Below, piece after piece: positions 6,459-16,012 of a stretch of 35,065 bases of DNA (its first letter is position 1; each line of letters opens with the position of its first letter). The position numbers and the translations under genes are program-made. The DNA comes from Candidatus Bathyarchaeota archaeon. Its GTDB lineage: Archaea > Thermoproteota > Bathyarchaeia > Bathyarchaeales > Bathyarchaeaceae. The notes under the pieces are model-generated. The model was not told where the DNA came from. It did not search any database and worked only from the letters and a program-made list of their open reading frames with translations. The stretch covers positions 1 through 35,065 of the forward strand of contig JACUTO010000001.1 of assembly GCA_014859755.1 (NCBI GenBank), written 5' to 3'.

Positions 6459-7586
6459 TTAATCTTTTCTTCTTCTATATAACGCTACACCACGTATTAT
6501 GGCTAACACAATTGGAACTGCTATCAAGAGCGGTGTTGGGTCCAGACCTGTTTTGCCAGTAGAGCCACCAAGTGGAGTTTCATTGGGTGGCACTGTTGGG
6601 GTCCCTCCATCAGGGGGGCCTGCAAGGCCACCAGTCGCCGTGACAGAAACAACTTCTCCCGTGTCCGCCCACATTCTAACTTTGATGCCGTTCCACCCAT
6701 AGTAAAGCGTATCGAAATACAATTGAATGTCCCAGAGGGGATATAACGTGTCAGGTTCTCTGGGTTGTGTGCTGAATTCTACTTCTACTGGTTCGTCTAC
6801 TATGTTAAATTCTACTTCTATCCACTCGTTCTGCCAAATCTTTAATGTATAATTTTGTGCGTGTTCCCTTGCAGTGCGTATGGCTTCTTCTTCAGAGACA
6901 TTAACATCTGTGCTGCCTATCTTGTAGAGGTCCCAATCGTCCCTAAATGAATTAAAAGCTCCATTTAGAAAACTGAAGTGTATCCTGTTCCTATCAAAGT
7001 CAATGCCGTTGACCGTGTATATCCAATCGATGTATGTATAGGTTTCACCTGATATTTTAAGCTTCACGTTGCCCGACGTTGTTGTCATGGGTTTTGGTTC
7101 AGTAACCGTGTCCAACATGCCCTTCACTTCATGGATATATGAAGCTCCGGAATAGGTTTGGTATCTGTCAAGAAGACCCCTAGCGTCATCAAGACTGTTT
7201 GTGGAGGGTTGAGCAAAAAGCGGTGAACCCTCAAGCAGGTATAGCTTACAGTAAACCAGAGCATTGTTTCTAAATCTACAGGTCACATCTAATTTGCTTC
7301 CAGCAGATTCGAGGGCGTATTTCACTCTCTCCTCAGTAAGGCCGTCCAAATCAGAGGGAAAATCCATGTGGCTTACCAGTTTTGCGTTATATTTTGTCAC
7401 GTCCAGTTTGACTACGTCTGTTAAGAATGTCAGCGTCTTCTCTGGAGCAGATAACTCTGTCGAGTATGCTTGATTGGGTGCGCCATACACTAAAGATCCA
7501 GGTATTGGAGCAGTCACCATTAGAAGACACACTAAAATCGTAGAGAACAAATGCTCCCGAGCGCATATTTTCCTCAGAATTTTCAT
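6459..7586 (-). CDS. Secreted, membrane-anchored 'X' protein with a PepSY-like C-terminal segment, paralog of the N-terminal half of 2081-4612
   Basis: 375 aa with a signal peptide (LFSTILVCLLMVTAPIPGSLVYGA). It is colinear with residues 66-355 of the 869-aa ORF (e.g. EKTLTFLTDVVKLDVTKY vs EKGLAILNDVVGLDLTEY; DRYQTYSGASYIHE vs SRYYAYSGALYIQE; LYKIGSTDVNVSEEEAI vs LYKIDGTDINVDENEAI). A Pro/Thr/Gly linker is followed by a TM helix and RRRKD. Confidence 0.8.
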   Translation of the reverse strand: MKILRKICAREHLFSTILVCLLMVTAPIPGSLVYGAPNQAYSTELSAPEKTLTFLTDVVKLDVTKYNAKLVSHMDFPSDLDGLTEERVKYALESAGSKLDVTCRFRNNALVYCKLYLLEGSPLFAQPSTNSLDDARGLLDRYQTYSGASYIHEVKGMLDTVTEPKPMTTTSGNVKLKISGETYTYIDWIYTVNGIDFDRNRIHFSFLNGAFNSFRDDWDLYKIGSTDVNVSEEEAIRTAREHAQNYTLKIWQNEWIEVEFNIVDEPVEVEFSTQPREPDTLYPLWDIQLYFDTLYYGWNGIKVRMWADTGEVVSVTATGGLAGPPDGGTPTVPPNETPLGGSTGKTGLDPTPLLIAVPIVLAIIRGVALYRRRKD

Positions 7587-7832
7587 TATCTTCTACAAAT
7601 ACAAGACGTTTCCAACTCATATATTTCTTTCGAAAAAGAATTTCGTATGCATAATCAGCGTAATATTTTGTATATTTTCCACAATATAAGTCCTATCCAA
7701 CTTTGCAACGGAAGAGGCAAAGCACGCGCACTTCACTTTGTTATGTTAGTTTCCTATTTCGCGCGCAACATCACTTGCCTTCTCCTTTTTAAGACGCGAA
7801 ACAAACTTAGTCATAAGCTTGGAGGTTAATTC

Positions 7833-8147
7833 TTGAGAGAAGTAAGAAAGCCATGGGGAAAAGAGCTCTGGATAGCACAAGAAAAAGAATACGGTGGAAA
7901 AATCCTCATCATAAGAGAAAACCACCACACGTCTCAACACTACCACAAAGACAAGAAAGAAACGATCTACTGCTTCAAAGGCCAAGTAGACATAATCCTA
8001 AGCGATAAAGTGGTCACACTAAAAGAAGGAGACGACATAACCCTCATCCCAAGAACAGTCCACAGAATCATAGGCAAAACAAACTCGATCCTATTCGAAG
8101 TGTCAACCGCACAACTAGCCGACGTGGTAAGACTAAAAGAAGGATAA
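7833..8147 (+). CDS. Small cupin-domain protein (mannose-6-phosphate isomerase type II C-terminal cupin-like)
   Basis: 104 aa. The TTG start lies 6 nt after GGAGGT (7821-7826). Motifs are KPWGKELW, HxH-containing SQHYHKDKKETIY, and TVHRI. Confidence 0.7.
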   Translation: MREVRKPWGKELWIAQEKEYGGKILIIRENHHTSQHYHKDKKETIYCFKGQVDIILSDKVVTLKEGDDITLIPRTVHRIIGKTNSILFEVSTAQLADVVRLKEG

Positions 8148-8295
8148 AAACATCACACCAGATCCTTCTGTAGACCCATAACAGACAGACTCAAATCAAC
8201 TACTCAATCAACGTACCAACGCGCGTGCCAAAGAAAAGAAACGGGGGCTGATTCAAACCCTTCCGGAAACCTTTAAACCGAGATTTAGATCAAGA

Positions 8296-10212
8296 TCATA
8301 TTTTTAGCGCTACGTCCCACCCCTCATGAATTGCTTGAAGGGCCTTCCGCGGTTCTACGCAGTCGCCTATTTCATAGATTTCGGGAAACTTCTCTCTAAT
8401 CGCCTCAGCGAGGCTTTTGTTCGGCTTTGAGCCTACCGCCAAAACCACAGAGTCTGCCGGTAAGGTCAGTCTTTCCCCGTTCTTTATGGCGAAAACTTCT
8501 TTCTCAGAAATGCTTTCAACCTTTGTGGATGTAAATGTCTTAACTCCGCCCTTTTGTAGGTTATTCCTTATGATCCATCGATTGGAAATTCCAACATCCT
8601 TCGCGGTTTTGTCCAGCATTTCTAGTAGAGTCACTTTTTTGCCCCTAGCCATTAGGTAATGAGCCGTATAGCAACCAACTCCGCCGCCGCCAACAACAAC
8701 CACATTCTTTCCCGCAACATCTCTTCCGGCGAGCACATCCCAAGCTTGAAACACGTTAGGCAAATCCACGCCGGGAATGCTCGGAATAATGGGTTCCGCC
8801 CCCGTCGCTAATATGACCACGTCTGGCTTCAGCTTTGCCACGAGTGAAGGAGTCACCTTCTCATCTAATTGAACTTTGACGCCAAGTTTCTTCAGCTGGA
8901 CTGATAGATACTCCACGATTTTACCCAATTCTTCTCTACTTGGAGTTACAGAGGCTAAGTTTAACTGACCACCCAGCCTATCACCTTTCTCAAAGAGGGT
9001 AACCTGATGACCCCTCATAGCTGCAATTTGGGCCGCTTTCATTCCAGCTGGACCACCACCTACAACGAGGACCCTCCTCGACCTTTCAACAGGGTTAATC
9101 TCGATTTCTTCTTCTCTCCCGACTAGGGGATTCACCATACATGTGATAGGAGAGCCCTCGAACAAATTGTCCATACAACCTTGGTTGCATGCAACGCACG
9201 TTACGATCTCATCGAAGCGTCCTTCTCTGGCTTTGTTAGGCAAATCAGGATCGGCAACAAGGGCTCTACCCATTGAAATCATGTCCGCTTTTTCATCGCG
9301 CAGTATTTGTTCCGCTAGAACGGGGTCATTAATTCGGTTGCTGGCGATAACGCGAGCTTCGGTTCCCTTCAACGCCTCCTTGATGCCTTCTGCCAAGTAA
9401 ACGTAGCCGCCTCTAGGCACGTCCATGGTGATCATTGGAACACTGGATTCGTGCCATCCAGCTGTTACATTGAAGGCCCGTACCCCCGCCTTCTCGAGTT
9501 TTTGTGCTATGACCCTTGCCTCTTTGAGCGTGTTTCCTCCGGGGATCAACTCGTCGCCTGAAATTCTACACATGATGGGAAAATCCTTTCCAACGACATC
9601 TCTAGTCTTCTCAATTATTTCCAGAATGAATCGCATTCGGTTTTCAAGATCTCCTCCATACCTGTCCTTCCGCTTATTTGTTATAGGCGATAGAAACTGG
9701 CTAATGAGGTAACCTGCGGAGCAAATAAACTCCACAGCGTCGAATCCCGCTTCCTTCACTCTTCTAGCCCCTTGGGCGAAATCGTCCTCAAGCTTTTCGA
9801 TTTCCGGAATCGTGAGAGGTCTAGGCTTTTGGCGAGAAAGAATCGGCGGGGGGACATCAGACGATGAAACTGGTTGTCGTCCAGTAATGACAGCAAATTC
9901 GTATCGGCCGGGATGCCACAACTGTATTGCAGTCTTGGCTCCATGAGAATGAATTGACTTTGCCAAGTCTCGTAAGCCGGGGATAAATCTGTCGTCACTG
10001 ACACTAATAACGTAGTCTGTGCCAGGCTCAACGGAAGTGATTCCAATAACAATCAAGCCTACACCGCCCCTTGCCCTCGCTACAAGGTAGTTCTTCAGTT
10101 GATCGTTAACCTCTCCAAAGGCGAAGCCCGTGGTAAGAGCAGGCATTACAAGTCTGTTCTTAACTTCCATCTTTCCGATGTTGATCGGAGTAAACAGTTT
10201 GGTTAGATTCAT
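8296..10212 (-). CDS. FadH-like NADH:flavin oxidoreductase (OYE-type TIM barrel plus 4Fe-4S motif plus FAD/NAD(P) domain; 2,4-dienoyl-CoA reductase family)
   Basis: 638 aa. The N-terminus (FTPINIGKMEVKNRLVMPALTT) is typical of old-yellow-enzyme-like proteins. It has a CVACNQGC...C cluster motif and the dinucleotide folds VLVVGGGPAGMKAA and VVVVGGGGVGC. Confidence 0.8.
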   Translation of the reverse strand: MNLTKLFTPINIGKMEVKNRLVMPALTTGFAFGEVNDQLKNYLVARARGGVGLIVIGITSVEPGTDYVISVSDDRFIPGLRDLAKSIHSHGAKTAIQLWHPGRYEFAVITGRQPVSSSDVPPPILSRQKPRPLTIPEIEKLEDDFAQGARRVKEAGFDAVEFICSAGYLISQFLSPITNKRKDRYGGDLENRMRFILEIIEKTRDVVGKDFPIMCRISGDELIPGGNTLKEARVIAQKLEKAGVRAFNVTAGWHESSVPMITMDVPRGGYVYLAEGIKEALKGTEARVIASNRINDPVLAEQILRDEKADMISMGRALVADPDLPNKAREGRFDEIVTCVACNQGCMDNLFEGSPITCMVNPLVGREEEIEINPVERSRRVLVVGGGPAGMKAAQIAAMRGHQVTLFEKGDRLGGQLNLASVTPSREELGKIVEYLSVQLKKLGVKVQLDEKVTPSLVAKLKPDVVILATGAEPIIPSIPGVDLPNVFQAWDVLAGRDVAGKNVVVVGGGGVGCYTAHYLMARGKKVTLLEMLDKTAKDVGISNRWIIRNNLQKGGVKTFTSTKVESISEKEVFAIKNGERLTLPADSVVLAVGSKPNKSLAEAIREKFPEIYEIGDCVEPRKALQAIHEGWDVALKI

Positions 10213-10327
10213 TTGCGTTCCCCCTCTTAGAAATCGAATAGTTCAACATCGTGCTATATAATACTAGAGGTTCTGAAGCAACTTTATTTAAGTGCAGATC
10301 TAGAATAACGAAAAATGGTGATCACAC

Positions 10328-11248
10328 GTGGCGATTGATGAAATTAAACGGATTTGCGTGGTGGGCGCCGGCACCATGGGACATCAAATTGCCCTTCAAT
10401 GTGCCACACACAACTATGACGTAGACTTGGTCGAAACTTCCGAAGAAGTCTTAGGCAATGCTCGGGAAAAGATTAGAGAAATTCTGGAAGAGAGGGTTAA
10501 CCGTGGGGAAATCTCCTCTGATTCTATGGAGAAAGCCCTTTCAAAGATCAGTTATACCACGGACCTTGAAAAGGCGGCTGGAGACGCTGATTTCGTCATT
10601 GAAGCGGTTTACGAAGACGTGGAAGTGAAACGCCAAGTTTTCAGTCAATTAGACCGCGTCTGTCCTTCCCACACCATTCTTGCCACCAACAGCTCTTCAA
10701 TAAGGTGTTCCCTCATAGCCGACGCCACGAAGCGTCCTGAAAAAGTTTTGAACATGCATTTTCTCAACCCTGTTTGGGTTAGACCCCTAGTCGAGGTGAT
10801 GGGGTCGAGCAGCACCTCAGAGGAAAGCATAGAAACCACGGTGCAGTTGGGTCAACGCATAGGCTTGACTCCAGTCACGGTAAAGGGAGAAGTCACAGGC
10901 TACGTCTACAACCGGTTGTGGAGAGCCATAAAGAAGACATCACTATATCTTGTGGACAAGGGATACGCCTCCTTCGAAGACGTTGACCGCGCCTTCATGA
11001 TAGGCATTCCCGCCCCCTTTGGACCGTTCATGGGCATGGACACGGTTGGCTTGGACGTTATTCTCGCCATTGAGGAGCAGTGGTATCGAGAAAGCGGAGA
11101 CGAGAGCGACAAACCGCCGAAAATCCTGGTGGAAAAGGTGAAGAAGGGGGAGTTAGGCGTCAAGACCGGCAAGGGATTCTATCAATATCCAAATCCAAGT
11201 TTCAAAAGACCTGGATGGCTAAAACGAGAGCCACAGAAAACGCCTTGA
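10328..11248 (+). CDS. 3-hydroxyacyl-CoA (3-hydroxybutyryl-CoA) dehydrogenase
   Basis: 306 aa. The GTG start is preceded by GGTGAT. It has the Rossmann motif ICVVGAGTMGHQIA and family motifs NSSS and HFLNPV. It is divergent from the FadH-like gene. Confidence 0.8.
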   Translation: MAIDEIKRICVVGAGTMGHQIALQCATHNYDVDLVETSEEVLGNAREKIREILEERVNRGEISSDSMEKALSKISYTTDLEKAAGDADFVIEAVYEDVEVKRQVFSQLDRVCPSHTILATNSSSIRCSLIADATKRPEKVLNMHFLNPVWVRPLVEVMGSSSTSEESIETTVQLGQRIGLTPVTVKGEVTGYVYNRLWRAIKKTSLYLVDKGYASFEDVDRAFMIGIPAPFGPFMGMDTVGLDVILAIEEQWYRESGDESDKPPKILVEKVKKGELGVKTGKGFYQYPNPSFKRPGWLKREPQKTP

Positions 11249-11279
11249 ATCTACGCCTACCAAATCATAGCATTTGCCA

Positions 11280-13478
11280 TTACGGTGATCTAGGGATTTT
11301 CTCTGAATGGACCAAAGATTCTCTTAGATAGTCTTCCAGAGTTTCGCCGGCAATTACCGCTATGTTATAGTCTCTAGGATCTATTGAATGCTTATAATTC
11401 TTAGCTGGAATAATGACTTTCTTGAAACCCCACATTTCAGCCGCTTTTATCTTTTCATGTAATCCGCCGACAGCTGTCACTTGTACCACATCATCCACGC
11501 TGACGTTGATTTCTCCTGTCACAGCAACGTCTTGTCGAATGGGCTTCCTCTCTATCAATGAGCAGAGAAGAATCGCCATGGTGACGCCGGCGCTTGGTCC
11601 GTCAACTCCGTAGGCTTGAGCGAAATCTATATGCGTAAAAAAGTCTTGGGCAACGTCAGCGCCATACTTCTGCAAAATGACGCTTCTTACTTTCGCCACG
11701 CTGTCCGCGATGAACTCTTCTTTTCCTTCCTTCGCTATCCCCGTGACCTTATAGTATCCTTGTAAGGAATTTTCGTGCCTCCTGTTTCGCTTTTCAAGAA
11801 AGCCTTTGACGGTTAAGACGTTGCCAGTCATTTCTCCGCTGTAGGGGTCCTTGACGACGGCAAGTCCGTAAATCTGACCTAGCTTCGCTCCCTCTGGCCT
11901 AATCTCAAGAAGCTTTCCTCTTTCACTCATTTGATGCTCGAGAATCTGTTTCTGAATTGTTTTACAATGCGTCTCTATGGCTTCTTCAACGTGTCTTCTT
12001 TCAACCAGCTTCAAGCCTTCGTTCATTGCCAACGTGGCGGCTGTTTTCACGAGAGCTATCATAGGACGAAATTTCGTGGCTAAGGCATCCTTTTTGTTGC
12101 TACGCCTACGCCCCTCATCAATTATTTCTTCGCACGCTTCTCTGCTGAATGGAATTAAACGAAAACGTGAAATCTCCTGAGCGATAAACTGAACGTATTT
12201 GCGGCGGTTTTCAACAGTGTTCAACATGTCGTTATTCATTCTAACTACTTTGCCATAACCATAGATTCGGTCCATAAGGGCGGGGTGAATTTGTCCGATG
12301 CTGTCAAAGTTTCCAGCGCCAACGAGGAAACACATACATGGCACTGGTTCTGTTGCCACAGCCATGGCAGCGGTTCCGCCTGCGTCGCTCCATCGGCTTC
12401 GTAAGGTTATTGGCAACTGACCGTCTTCTAGAACAGTCAGTAGCGTGATGGCTTCATCTGGCTTCAAATTCTTGATTTCATCTATGTAAAGGATACCGAG
12501 ATGGGCTCGATGGACATCTCCCGCGGTTACCCTCTGATGTTCTGGGGTGCCGAGGCCTCCAGTTTGTAATGGGTCCCAAGCGATGCTTCCGAACAATTGG
12601 GCAGAACCGTGGCCGGTGGCGTCTAAGAAGGGTGCAACTTTTTTAGAGTTATCAACTATAAGTTTCGGAACTTTCGATGCTCTCGCTCCGCCTATTCCTT
12701 TGGAACCTCCAAGGACTCCGAAGCGGCCGAGAACTGTTACGAGAATTAGAAACATCAACATCATTCCGGCTGGAAGGAAAGTCGTGCTTCCAATGGAAAC
12801 AAAGGAATCTAAAATGAAATTCGAAAAATTGCCATTATAAATTGTTTGGATAGGTTCTCCCCACGCAGTTAATGCGTTTGTGTCCCACCGAATTTTCTCT
12901 TGCCATAAATAATAGAAGCCAGCAAACATGAAAATTGAGGCTACGCATATCATTAGGTAAATGACAAACTTTATTCCGATGCGCTGAAGAAACAACTTCT
13001 TTGCTTCCTTCAATTTCTGCTTTAGGATAAGCCTTTTTGCTTCGCCAGCTGAATGGCAGGAGATTTTGGGTTCGCTGGGAACCACTTCATTTTGCCAGCA
13101 GACTACGTCTTGGAGTTGAATGTTTTGTTTCTTGTAGAGTTCAGTTAGATGAACTGCAAGGGCTCTCCCAATCAAGGACTTGCCAGTTCCAGGATCTCCA
13201 AGCAAAAACAGGTAGGGTCCGGGAGGAGCAGTCTCTTTAATCTGTGGCTTCTCCCTTTTCGGGTCCTTCCACGCTTCATACCATTTCTCTTTTTTAAGAT
13301 ATTTTAGCTTATGAACCCATTCCTCTAAACAGAGGTAGCATTCGTTTAACGCCCGTTCTTGTCCAATAACCCATTCGAGAAGGTTTTTGGAAACCGGATA
13401 ATCCTTCGTAGATTTGAAGGCCTTCCAGTTCCATTTCTTGCCACGGATAACTTCTTCATCTTCTCCGAAATAGTCCAC
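11280..13478 (-). CDS. lonB: Archaeal membrane-bound ATP-dependent Lon protease (LonB type)
   Basis: 732 aa with a GTG start. It has Walker A GDPGTGKS and two TM helices inserted in the AAA+ module (IKFVIYLMICVASIFMFAGFYYLW; FLPAGMMLMFLILVTVLG). The Lon protease domain carries the catalytic-Ser motif VDGPSAGV. Confidence 0.9.
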   Translation of the reverse strand: MDYFGEDEEVIRGKKWNWKAFKSTKDYPVSKNLLEWVIGQERALNECYLCLEEWVHKLKYLKKEKWYEAWKDPKREKPQIKETAPPGPYLFLLGDPGTGKSLIGRALAVHLTELYKKQNIQLQDVVCWQNEVVPSEPKISCHSAGEAKRLILKQKLKEAKKLFLQRIGIKFVIYLMICVASIFMFAGFYYLWQEKIRWDTNALTAWGEPIQTIYNGNFSNFILDSFVSIGSTTFLPAGMMLMFLILVTVLGRFGVLGGSKGIGGARASKVPKLIVDNSKKVAPFLDATGHGSAQLFGSIAWDPLQTGGLGTPEHQRVTAGDVHRAHLGILYIDEIKNLKPDEAITLLTVLEDGQLPITLRSRWSDAGGTAAMAVATEPVPCMCFLVGAGNFDSIGQIHPALMDRIYGYGKVVRMNNDMLNTVENRRKYVQFIAQEISRFRLIPFSREACEEIIDEGRRRSNKKDALATKFRPMIALVKTAATLAMNEGLKLVERRHVEEAIETHCKTIQKQILEHQMSERGKLLEIRPEGAKLGQIYGLAVVKDPYSGEMTGNVLTVKGFLEKRNRRHENSLQGYYKVTGIAKEGKEEFIADSVAKVRSVILQKYGADVAQDFFTHIDFAQAYGVDGPSAGVTMAILLCSLIERKPIRQDVAVTGEINVSVDDVVQVTAVGGLHEKIKAAEMWGFKKVIIPAKNYKHSIDPRDYNIAVIAGETLEDYLRESLVHSEKIPRSP

Positions 13479-13740
13479 AGTTAGTCCTTCCCAACTTTTG
13501 GTTCCATTACGTAACGAGTCTGCGCGCGCTTTTCAACGAGGGCTCGGTCTCCCATGACAGAACAAGGATTTCTAGTCAAATTAAGCCTTATTTCGGAATT
13601 GGGAACATAACGAAAATGGAGTGTGACGCTGTTTCCTTTCTGTTTAGGTGTTCGGTTGTTCAAGAAGGGCATACTGATAAGGATAAAGATTAAGAGTAGC
13701 CTTGCAAAAGCAATAGTCACAAACAATAGAGGAATGACCG

Positions 13741-14553
13741 ATGAAAGACGGTGTTGCCGTGATAGGTGCAGGAGTGATAGGTGGAGCCATAGTGAAAAGC
13801 CTGTTGAAAAGCAGATATGATGGCAAGATCACAGCCACAAGAAGAAATATAGAAAAACTAAAGGAACTAGAAAAATTAGGAGCGACCATAACCAAGGACA
13901 ACAAGAAAGCCGCGAAAGAATCGGACATTATTTTTGTATGTGTTAAGCCGAACGATGTGGGAAAAGTTCTGAAAGAAATAAGCAAAGAAATCGAAGGAAA
14001 ACTGGTGATTTCTACAGCCGCTACGATTCCACTGGGATTTTATAAGAAGATGGCTCCCAAAGCCAGATTCGTTAGGACCATGCCAAACGTCGCCCTTTTG
14101 GTGCAAGAATCCTATACCGCGTACTGTTGCGACGATGACGTAAATTCAGAAGACAATGGGAAGGTTAAGGAGATTCTAGACGTTATGGGAATTTGTGAAG
14201 AGGTTGAAGAGAGATACATGGACGCCATAACAGCCCTGAGCGGAAGCGGACCGGGATACATTTCTATAATAATAGAAGCTCTCATGTATGCGGGTTTGAA
14301 AGTTGGTTTACCCAGGGATATTTCTCTATATAGTTCAGCGCAGACAGTTCTTGGAACAGGGAAACTCGTCTTGGAAACACGGGAACATGTGGCTAAGATA
14401 AAGGACATGGTGACGACGCCCGGCGGAACCACCATTGAAGCCATATACGAACTTGAGGGCAGTCAAATTAGGCCAGCACTGATGAGGGCTGTTGAGGAAG
14501 CAACCAAAAAATGTCAGAAAATCCGAGAAACATGGGGAATAAACCAAGCTTAA
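13741..14553 (+). CDS. proC: Pyrroline-5-carboxylate reductase
   Basis: 270 aa. It has the N-terminal Rossmann motif VAVIGAGVIGGAIV, plus SGSGPGY and TTPGGTTIEA. Confidence 0.85.
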   Translation: MKDGVAVIGAGVIGGAIVKSLLKSRYDGKITATRRNIEKLKELEKLGATITKDNKKAAKESDIIFVCVKPNDVGKVLKEISKEIEGKLVISTAATIPLGFYKKMAPKARFVRTMPNVALLVQESYTAYCCDDDVNSEDNGKVKEILDVMGICEEVEERYMDAITALSGSGPGYISIIIEALMYAGLKVGLPRDISLYSSAQTVLGTGKLVLETREHVAKIKDMVTTPGGTTIEAIYELEGSQIRPALMRAVEEATKKCQKIRETWGINQA

Positions 14554-14590
14554 TCAAGACTTAAATTCTTTCTTTGACCATTGTGATATT

Positions 14591-15109
14591 ATGCCAAAAG
14601 AGAAGATTATTGTTCTGATGGGTTCTAAAAGAGACCATAAGTTCGCTTCCCGCATTGGTGTTTTTCTTAGAGAAGAAGGTTTTCCAATCACCTGCGACTA
14701 CAACGTTGCTTCAGCCCATAGAACCCCCCAAAAACTGCTAAACGACCTACAGGAATACGAAAACAGCGGCGACAACATCGTCTTAATCACCGTTGCTGGA
14801 CTATCAGACGCCCTTTCAGGTGTCGTTGCCGGTTACACGAAATATCCAGTTATAGCCTGCCCTCCCGATTCCGAAAAATACGAAGGAGCTAAGATTTTCT
14901 CCTCCGTAGCAACGCCAAAGGGGATACCCGTTGCATACATTCCCAAACCTGAAAACGCCGCCCTCGCTGCTGTACGAATTCTCGCCCTATCCAATCACTC
15001 CCTATATGAAAGCCTTCGTCGATACAAACAGAAAACGGAAAGAAACGTCTATGAGAGTGCCGGGGAAGTAAAGAAGATTTCTAAATCTAAAGGTAAAAGG
15101 TTAAAATAA
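14591..15109 (+). CDS. purE: PurE (N5-CAIR mutase / AIR carboxylase catalytic subunit)
   Basis: 172 aa. Motifs are IVLMGSKRD, VASAHRTP and VAGLSDALSGVVAG. Its stop overlaps the purC ATG (TAATG). Confidence 0.85.
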   Translation: MPKEKIIVLMGSKRDHKFASRIGVFLREEGFPITCDYNVASAHRTPQKLLNDLQEYENSGDNIVLITVAGLSDALSGVVAGYTKYPVIACPPDSEKYEGAKIFSSVATPKGIPVAYIPKPENAALAAVRILALSNHSLYESLRRYKQKTERNVYESAGEVKKISKSKGKRLK

Positions 15110-15951
15110 TGAGCTATGACGTTCTTCTCGAAACAAATTTGCCCTTCCCCGTTTTTAAGAGAGGGAAAGTGAGGGATGTCTATGATCTGGAGAAAAGACT
15201 GTTGATTGTTTCCACCGACAGAATCTCAGCCTTCGACGTTGTTTTGCCTAATGGCGTGCCTCATAAAGGAGAGGCGTTAAACAGGCTCTCCGTTTACTGG
15301 TTCAACCAAACAAAGAATATAATTCCAAACCACATTTTGGATGTTGTCGATCCAAGGATGGTTTTAGTTAAGAAAACTGAACCAGTTAAGATAGAGTTCG
15401 TCATACGGGGCTATCTCTACGGTTCAGCTTGGGAAAGATACAGAGAAGGAAAACCGAGCTGTGGAATTAAACTGCCTCCCGGATTAAGAGAGGCTGAAAA
15501 ACTTCCGGAACCAATTCTGACACCCACCACCAAGGCTGAGGTAGGCCATGACATAGAGATGACAAAAGATGATGTTGTCAAAAAAATTGGGAGAGACTTG
15601 GCAGAAGAAATCGAGGAAACATGCTTAAGAATCTATGAAAGAGCCTCCAAAAGAGCTGAAGCCAACGGCATAATCGTTGCCGACACCAAAGTCGAATTCG
15701 GACTTTACGATGGAGAATTACTTCTTATCGACGAATTATTCACTCCCGACTCATCTAGGTTTTGGCCCTCAGAAAAATATGAAGTTGGAAGGGATCAGTT
15801 CAGCTTTGACAAGCAATATGTAAGAGACTATCTGAACTCTCTTGATTGGAACAAGCAACCTCCGGCTCCAAGCCTGCCAGAGAATGTCATTCTTGAAACT
15901 TCCAAAAAATATGTTGAAGCCTATGAAAGATTAACTGGCAGAACATTTTGA
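15109..15951 (+). CDS. purC: SAICAR synthetase
   Basis: 280 aa. Motifs are GKVRDVYD, STDRISAFD, ADTKVEFG and TPDSSRFW. Confidence 0.9.
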   Translation: MSYDVLLETNLPFPVFKRGKVRDVYDLEKRLLIVSTDRISAFDVVLPNGVPHKGEALNRLSVYWFNQTKNIIPNHILDVVDPRMVLVKKTEPVKIEFVIRGYLYGSAWERYREGKPSCGIKLPPGLREAEKLPEPILTPTTKAEVGHDIEMTKDDVVKKIGRDLAEEIEETCLRIYERASKRAEANGIIVADTKVEFGLYDGELLLIDELFTPDSSRFWPSEKYEVGRDQFSFDKQYVRDYLNSLDWNKQPPAPSLPENVILETSKKYVEAYERLTGRTF

Positions 15952-16012
15952 CACGAGGCTATTATAAAAGATTAAATATTTTCAGCTGTCCTTTGTGAGT
16001 AGAGGGATTTCG

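Noticed and set aside
7746-7985. 79-aa minus-strand ORF overlapping the cupin gene
   Set aside because: It is antisense to a motif-supported cupin CDS that has a strong GGAGGT-TTG start, and its sequence is repetitive (VVVVLRRVVVF).
8235-8270. tRNA-like T-loop sequence (GGGGGCTGATTCAAACCC)
   Set aside because: No complementary T-stem, acceptor stem or anticodon arm could be built around it, so it is not a tRNA.
13481-13985. Minus-strand ORFs 13481-13726 (81 aa) and 13644-13985 (113 aa)
   Set aside because: They lie in the lonB/proC divergent promoter spacer or antisense to the well-supported proC start. Their composition is low-complexity and hydrophobic, and I recognised no motifs.
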